Source of the DNA: an uncultured bacterium
GTDB taxonomy: Bacteria > Chlamydiota > Chlamydiia > Chlamydiales > SM23-39
Direction: 5' to 3'
DNA length: 64,000 nucleotides
NCBI GenBank assembly: GCA_963716985.1
Contig: OY970323.1
Location: forward strand, 1,856,001 to 1,920,000
Below, one piece after another: positions 59,002 through 64,000 of this stretch. Position numbers and translations under genes: made by a program. Position 1 is the first letter of the stretch. Each line of letters begins with the position of its first letter. Below the pieces are notes generated by a model, which worked only from the letters and a program-made list of their open reading frames with translations, had not been told where the DNA came from and did no database searches.

Positions 59002-59497
59002 ATGAGCATAGCAGCAAATAGTGTTCTTTGTTTTTCCCCAATTAAAGAATGGCAAAATTTTAAAGAGGGCTGTCAATCATTGGTCGGGTAGCCCAAGGGA
59101 ACTTCCCCCTTAGGCTCCCACGGATCCGTACGTGAAACTCTCGTTTCATACGGCTCTTATTATTCAGCAAGGAGGTTTCACCATTTTCCAATGCCCATAT
59201 AGCTGAGGATTGTTTTTCGCAACTTTCCCCAACAGATTCATGGCTCTTCCAAAGTGTCCTCTCATCTTTTTATACTTCCTTTTTACCCATCTCGTTAATT
59301 CCTCATTTACGTGATAAAGGACTGGTCTCATTTCAGATCTGAAAAATCTGCCATAGTAATTGATCCACCCTCGTACTATAGGATTGATTTCTCTGGCCAG
59401 TTCTTCCAACGTTTTCCGAGTGGCCAGATGCAATCTCCACTTCCTGATAGTCTCGTACATCTTCTTCTTTGCCTTATTGCTCACAGCTGATCGATAA
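59002..59497 (+). pseudogene. Second copy of the 57522 partner gene, broken by an intron remnant and a deletion
   Basis: MSIAANSVLCFSPIKEWQNFKE at 59002; its 3' end AGCTGATCGATAA reappears at 59485-59497. Confidence 0.75.
59083..59489 (-). mobile_element. 3' remnant of a group II intron (maturase domain X, DV, DVI), class D-like
   Basis: INPIVRGWINYYG and RWVKRKYK; DV GAGCCGTATGAAACGAGAGTTTCACGTACGGATC; ends CTACCCGAC. Confidence 0.9.
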
Positions 59498-59632
59498 AGT
59501 GCTGCGGCAATAGCAGAGCACTGGATCTTCATACTGCTCTGCAAACAATAGATGAACCACCAGGACTTTTTCCTTGAATTCAGTAGGAAAGAGCGATGAT
59601 CCAATTCATGCGCATTCCAGAATAGGCAATTC

Positions 59633-60768
59633 TTAGCTTTTTGAAGATGCGCCGTCGGGATAAATCCATGCGGAAATGATCGGAGGAAGCAATCCTATTG
59701 AACCTAAAGTTACGGCCCATCCCAGCTCTTTTGGAAAGGACACAAAAAAAGATAGAATAGCTGTCTGGATAGATTCTGGGCGCAGTTTAACTGGTTCCCA
59801 GAGCCCCCGTTTTCATCCCGGACGGTCGGATTTCCCGAATCCGGTTGGCGTTCTTGACTTTTCATAAAGGCGCCTTCCATTTCTTAGTGGGTTAGATAAC
59901 GTTAGCGCTTATCATCCCTACTAATATTGTTTGCACCCCTACTTCGATATGCTATTTGCTGACACCTTCCTGAGGCTCTGAGTCCCCTTGTTGCCAACAA
60001 TCTCATATCCATCAAGTACCGAGAGTTCCTTCGCCCGCACCATCAGGTATTAATCTGCATGCGGAATGATCTTTTTTTTTCATCATTTGAAAAGTCGTTA
60101 CACTTTCCTCATCGCTACTACGAACTCATGCGCCGATCCATCCTCCTCTTCTTGTCTTCGCTTGTACACTATTACAAGAGGTCTTTGCAGCTTATCGCTA
60201 ATTCTTGCCGGAAGATGGACCTTCCCGACTTTATCCTATAATTCTTTCATTAGGTGCTTGATCCCATATCCCGGTGGTATCTACATTGCTTTTGATCGTT
60301 TCTTCACGTAAATCATTGCCCTTCCCTGACGTACTAATAGGTCGGATTAACCACAACAACCCCTCCAACAACTTCTGGAAGGAAGACTCTTTCGGAACTG
60401 CAGATATTCTCTTATGTTCAGGCCCCTAATTTTGCTTGCCGTTCTGGTTGTTCCTACCAATGATTCTCAAGTGTCCTCATTAGCAGCCACGGCGTTTACA
60501 TCCAGGCTATACAAGCGTTGTTACCACCGCTTGTCTCGGATATGCTACTCATCCAAACCGATCAATTGATGAGGAGAGAACTTTCATCTCTCTAGAATTA
60601 TAATATTATCGGCCGCTACCAGTACGCAAAGAGCTACAAAAGCGATCTTTAGATTCAACGAGGCTCTTTTTTCGACAATTGTTATTCTTCCCTCAAAAGC
60701 TTTCATCCCGTGAGAAGAAGTATAAATCACGCATCCCAAAAAAACCCAACCACCAACAGCGATTAGGG
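59633..60768 (-). pseudogene. Family B membrane gene split by an ORF-less intron and 5'-truncated at IS607
   Basis: Exons join as LKIAFVAL|AILSFFVSFPKELGWAVTLGSIGLLPPIISAWIYPDGASSKS*. Confidence 0.75.
59763..60629 (-). ncRNA. ORF-less group II intron, 867 nt
   Basis: 5' TTGCG..GCGGCCGA; DIII-like GTAGTAGCGATGAGG..GCGAAGG; DV-like ACCGGATTCGGGAAATCCGACCGTCCGGGAT; ends CTATCCAGAC; removal restores the reading frame. Confidence 0.85.
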
Positions 60769-60840
60769 CTTGTAGCAGCTTGATAAAATATGCGTAAATT
60801 TGAGAAAATTTATGCAAATTTGCATAGGTATTAAGAAAAA

Positions 60841-61452
60841 ATGAAAATAAGTATTGGCAAGGCGGCTTCCCTCCTTGGAGTTTCAAAGGATACCCTTCGA
60901 AGATGGGAAAGAGAGGGCAAGATCCATTCCAAAAGAACCGTCAAAGGTCACAGACGATATGATGACGGTGAACTCACCGGCCTGAAGCGAAGGGGCAGTC
61001 CGGACAACAAAATCACGCTCGGATATGCCAGAGTCTCTTCCTATGATCAAAAAGAGGATCTCCAAAGACAAGTAGCGCTTCTTGAATCCTACTGTGCTGC
61101 CAATGGCTGGTCTTGTGAAATTCTCCAAGATCTCGGATCGGGTCTCAACTATCAAAAAAAAGGTTTGAAGCTTTTGATCAAAAGAATATGCTCTTCTGAT
61201 ATTCAAAGGCTGGTGTTGACCCACAAAGATCGCCTCCTTAGATTTGGATCGGAGCTGATCTTTTCACTCTGTGAGCAATTTGGCGTGGAGGTAGTGATCA
61301 TCAATGCTTCGGAAAACACCTCTTTTGAAGATGACCTTGTCCAAGATGTTTTGGAGATCATAACGGTATTCTCGGCAAGACTCTACGGATCAAGATCAAA
61401 AAAGAATAAAAAACTTATAGAGTCTCTGAAAAATGCAGCAGAAAGATTGTAA
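60841..61452 (+). CDS. tnpA: IS607 serine recombinase transposase
   Basis: MerR-like HTH (LGVS..TLRRW..GHRRY), GYARVSS, DLGSGLNY, DRLLRFG, FSARLYG. Confidence 0.96.
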   Translation: MKISIGKAASLLGVSKDTLRRWEREGKIHSKRTVKGHRRYDDGELTGLKRRGSPDNKITLGYARVSSYDQKEDLQRQVALLESYCAANGWSCEILQDLGSGLNYQKKGLKLLIKRICSSDIQRLVLTHKDRLLRFGSELIFSLCEQFGVEVVIINASENTSFEDDLVQDVLEIITVFSARLYGSRSKKNKKLIESLKNAAERL

Positions 61453-62959
61453 AAAAACCTTCACCTACCAAACAAGGCTCCCGATTCTTACCGAAAAAGA
61501 GGATCTTTTTCTATCTCAAACAGCAACTCTTCTCTCAAAAGTGGAAAGAACTCTTTTTGCAGATTTTTCCAAGGCCAAAAAACTCAACGATCTCAAATCC
61601 ATCTATCTTGAAAAATTTTCCATCACGGCAAGACAGTTCAATTCTTGCCGGATCTCTCTGGAAGGAAAAATCCGATCTTACCAAGAGGGACTGAAAGAAA
61701 GAATCTCTCTTTTGAAAACAAAAATCCAAAAACTGGAAAAGCATGTAAAAAGCTGCAAAGATCCCTCTAAAAAGCATCAAAAAAAGCGCAGGCTTTTCAT
61801 CTTGAAAACCACTCAAAAAAATCTGGAAAAAGATCAAGAAGAGGGAAAGGTCCGTATCTGTTTCGGGGGGAAGAATCTTTTTCATCAACAATTCCATCTC
61901 GAAGAAAATGGTTTTACTCAATTTTCCGAGTGGAAAAAGACCTGGCAAGAAAAAAGAAACAATCAGTTTTTCCTCATAGGATCCAAAGATGAAACAGCCG
62001 GCAATCAAAGCTGCCAACTGTCGAAAGAAGGAGGCCTCTTCACTCTCCACCTTCGTCTGCCCAATGGTTTTTCCGAAAAAACCCTTGCGATCAAGGGAAT
62101 CGATTTTTCCTACGGAAAAGAAGAGATCGAACAGGCTCTTGAAGAAAACGAAAAGAGAAGAAATCTCCGATTGGCAAAACAGCCCTATACAGATATTGGA
62201 AGAGCCCTCAACTATCGATTTTTAAAAGACAAAAAAGGCTGGAGGTTCTTCATCAGCCTAGAACAAAGATCTCCCGCAAAAAAAAGCAAAAATGCATTGG
62301 GTACGATCGGGATCGATATCAACGCCAATCATCTGGCCCTAGCAGAAACGGATCGATTCGGAAACATCATTGAAAAAAAGAGCATTCCCTGTTCCACCTA
62401 TGGCAAAAGCACAAACGCTCGTCTTGCCATTATCGGAGATGTCAGCAAAGAGATCGTAGAATATGCCCTTCAAAAAGAAAAACCCCTTGTTCTGGAAGAT
62501 CTGAACTTCCAAAAGAAAAAACAAACCCTGAGAGAATCCAATAACAAATATAGCCGGCTCCTCTCCTCTTTTTCCTACAGCCAAATCCTAAGCCACATAG
62601 AATCTAAAGCTTTTAGAGAGGGAATCGAAATCTACCATGTAAATCCCGCCTATACAACAATCATAGGAGAGGTAAAATTCACAAAAAGATATGGGCTGTC
62701 GAAACATCATGCGGCAGCTTTCGTCATCGCAAGACGAAAAGATGGTTTTTCAGAAAAGCCTCCTCGATATCTAGAAATAGATACAGAAAACTCCAAGTCC
62801 GCTTTTTCCCAACCCGTGTGGAAGACGGAAAAACACGTTTGGTGTTTTTATAGGGCGCTAAGTAAGAAGAAAAAAGCGGCACATGCAGTGCATTTACCGA
62901 CGAAAAGATCCTCAAAACAATTGAGAGACAGCCGGAAGGCTTCGGTAGATTATGGGTGA
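61433..62959 (+). CDS. tnpB: TnpB-related protein (508 aa, no Zn finger, His at RuvC-III)
   Basis: GIDIN (RuvC-I), VLEDL (RuvC-II), VNPAYTT..HHAAAFVIARR. Confidence 0.88.
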   Translation: MQQKDCKKTFTYQTRLPILTEKEDLFLSQTATLLSKVERTLFADFSKAKKLNDLKSIYLEKFSITARQFNSCRISLEGKIRSYQEGLKERISLLKTKIQKLEKHVKSCKDPSKKHQKKRRLFILKTTQKNLEKDQEEGKVRICFGGKNLFHQQFHLEENGFTQFSEWKKTWQEKRNNQFFLIGSKDETAGNQSCQLSKEGGLFTLHLRLPNGFSEKTLAIKGIDFSYGKEEIEQALEENEKRRNLRLAKQPYTDIGRALNYRFLKDKKGWRFFISLEQRSPAKKSKNALGTIGIDINANHLALAETDRFGNIIEKKSIPCSTYGKSTNARLAIIGDVSKEIVEYALQKEKPLVLEDLNFQKKKQTLRESNNKYSRLLSSFSYSQILSHIESKAFREGIEIYHVNPAYTTIIGEVKFTKRYGLSKHHAAAFVIARRKDGFSEKPPRYLEIDTENSKSAFSQPVWKTEKHVWCFYRALSKKKKAAHAVHLPTKRSSKQLRDSRKASVDYG

Positions 62960-63058
62960 AAAACCATACGCGAATCGCCAACAAAACTGCTTGGTTGGCG
63001 TATCAATGCAAATTTTTAAAATACCCGTATTTGCATAGATTTTTAGTAGCGGTTTAGA

Positions 63059-63131
63059 TGAGACTTGAAGGATTTGAACCTTCGACCTACTCCTTAAAAG
63101 GGAGTTGCTCTACCAGCTGAGCTAAAGTCTC
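63059..63131 (-). tRNA. tRNA-Lys(TTT)
   Basis: GAGACTT..AAGTCTCA acceptor stem, loop CTTTTAA, GGTTCAAATCC. Confidence 0.95.
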
Positions 63132-63143
63132 TAAACATAAAAT

Positions 63144-63218
63144 TGACCCCAAGGGGATTCGAACCCCTGTTGACGGAATGAAAATCCGGTGTCCTAGACC
63201 TGGCTAGACGATGGGGCC
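63144..63218 (-). tRNA. tRNA-Glu(TTC)
   Basis: GGCCCCA..TGGGGTCA acceptor stem, loop TTTTCAT, GGTTCGAATCC. Confidence 0.95.
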
Positions 63219-63227
63219 ATCATTCTA

Positions 63228-63569
63228 TCGACAGAGCTGCCCTCATTCCTTTAGAGATGGAAGAGAAGCTCTGCTCCTTTATTGTTAAAGTTTACAAACG
63301 GGGGGTTAATTCCCCCTAGCAGTTACCTGCAATCTCCGGTTTCCCGGGTAAAGTTCCCCTCGCCAAAGTTATGGAACGGTTTTAAATGTTAGCGGCACTG
63401 GTTTAACCCGTACGCCTGTTTAACCACTAACCGCAGAGCTTGGAACTGATGCGGCATCCCAAGGTGCCTATATATTCGCTCCTAACGTAGTCTCAAACGT
63501 AGAGACTTAAGGCTGGCCAACTTCATGCTTGATTACGCAAGCATCTCCCTTCAGGGAGTGGTGATTGGC
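63228..63569 (-). ncRNA. Orphan HEARO / IscB-type omega RNA in a non-autonomous IS200/IS605-like element
   Basis: Ordered motifs GCCAATCACC, CCCTGAAGGG, GCTTG, GTTGGCCAGCC, CTACGTT, ATAGGCACC, GGATGC, CAGTTCC, GCTCTGCG, TTAAACAG, CAGTG, ATAACTTTGGCGAGG; right-end hairpin with CTAAAG; no ORF. Confidence 0.82.
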
Positions 63570-63623
63570 CTTTAGTTAAAAGACAGACTAATTTTAAACT
63601 CTTTCCTCTTTTCCCACAAGGAA

Positions 63624-64000
63624 TTAGATCTCAATGATCTCCTTTTCCTTGGAAGTGCAAATCGTATCGCTCTCCTTGCAGAACTGATCGGTCAGCTCTT
63701 GAATTTTCTTTTCGAGCCTCTTGACGCCATCTTCGGAAAGGTCCCCGCTCGATTTTTCCTTCTTCACCTGTTCATTGTATTTGCGTCGAATTTCTCGCAG
63801 CACAATCTTGGTATTCTCTGTTCTTTTTTTGCACTCTTTGACCATCTCTTTTCGAATCGACTCGTCCATCGGAGGAACAAGAACGCGCACCACATTGTGA
63901 TCTACTTGTGTCTGCACGTTGAGATTCGCACCATCAATGGCCTTCGCAATAGCATTGCAATTCTGGCGATCAAATGGCGTAATGACGATCTGTCTTGACT
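63624..64000 (-). CDS. frr: Ribosome recycling factor (3' part; runs off the window)
   Basis: RQIVITPFD, VPPM.E..RKEMVK, REIRR, SED..KRLEKKIQELTD. Confidence 0.95.
   Translation of the reverse strand, partial: SRQIVITPFDRQNCNAIAKAIDGANLNVQTQVDHNVVRVLVPPMDESIRKEMVKECKKRTENTKIVLREIRRKYNEQVKKEKSSGDLSEDGVKRLEKKIQELTDQFCKESDTICTSKEKEIIEI

Larger units (their letters stand above)
60767..63052 (+). mobile_element. IS607-family element (boundaries approximate)
   Basis: tnpA + tnpB; ATGCAAATTT and ATTTGCATAG motifs at both ends; GG at both presumed junctions; no TIR or TSD. Confidence 0.85.

Noticed and set aside
59083..60629. A single intron, twintron, retron or DGR
   Set aside because: There are two different DV/DVI ends separated by host sequence, no RT catalytic domain remains, and no template/variable repeat pair is visible.
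60584..60886. 100-aa ORF in the track as a standalone gene
   Set aside because: It is a chimera of the IS607 left end, an exon and intron read-through.
59763..63052. IStron (intron fused to IS607)
   Set aside because: The intron is group II, on the opposite strand, and separated from the IS by about 140 bp of exon; these are independent insertions.

Overview
This is genomic DNA from an environmental chlamydia (Chlamydiota), judged from the chlamydial type III secretion gene order. 0.2-14.4 kb holds the conserved T3SS cluster scc4-cdsD-E-F-G-CT668-like-cdsN-O-P-Q-pkn5-cdsC, with a very long secretin (about 12 tandem N-domain repeats). From about 16.9 to 63.6 kb is an accessory region rich in mobile DNA. 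It includes an ISKra4-type IS splitting a methyltransferase and a four-level nest (gene < long-TIR DUF6399-like IS < IS66 with two tnpA ends < MITE). It also has a decayed integrase/toxin-antitoxin island, three tandem porin genes, a tyrosine phosphatase, a duplicated feoAB cassette, kdpFABC, glycosyltransferases, pntA2/pntB, wrbA, and tpx-PCD and IspD-SDR fusions. A small two-gene membrane-protein module recurs several times and is repeatedly hit by MITEs and group II introns. The window ends with an ORF-less group II intron inserted in frame in a membrane-protein gene, an IS607 with an atypical TnpB, tRNA-Lys/tRNA-Glu, an orphan IscB-type omega (HEARO) RNA element with no IscB ORF, and the 3' part of frr. 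All calls come from reading the sequence; no database searches were run.
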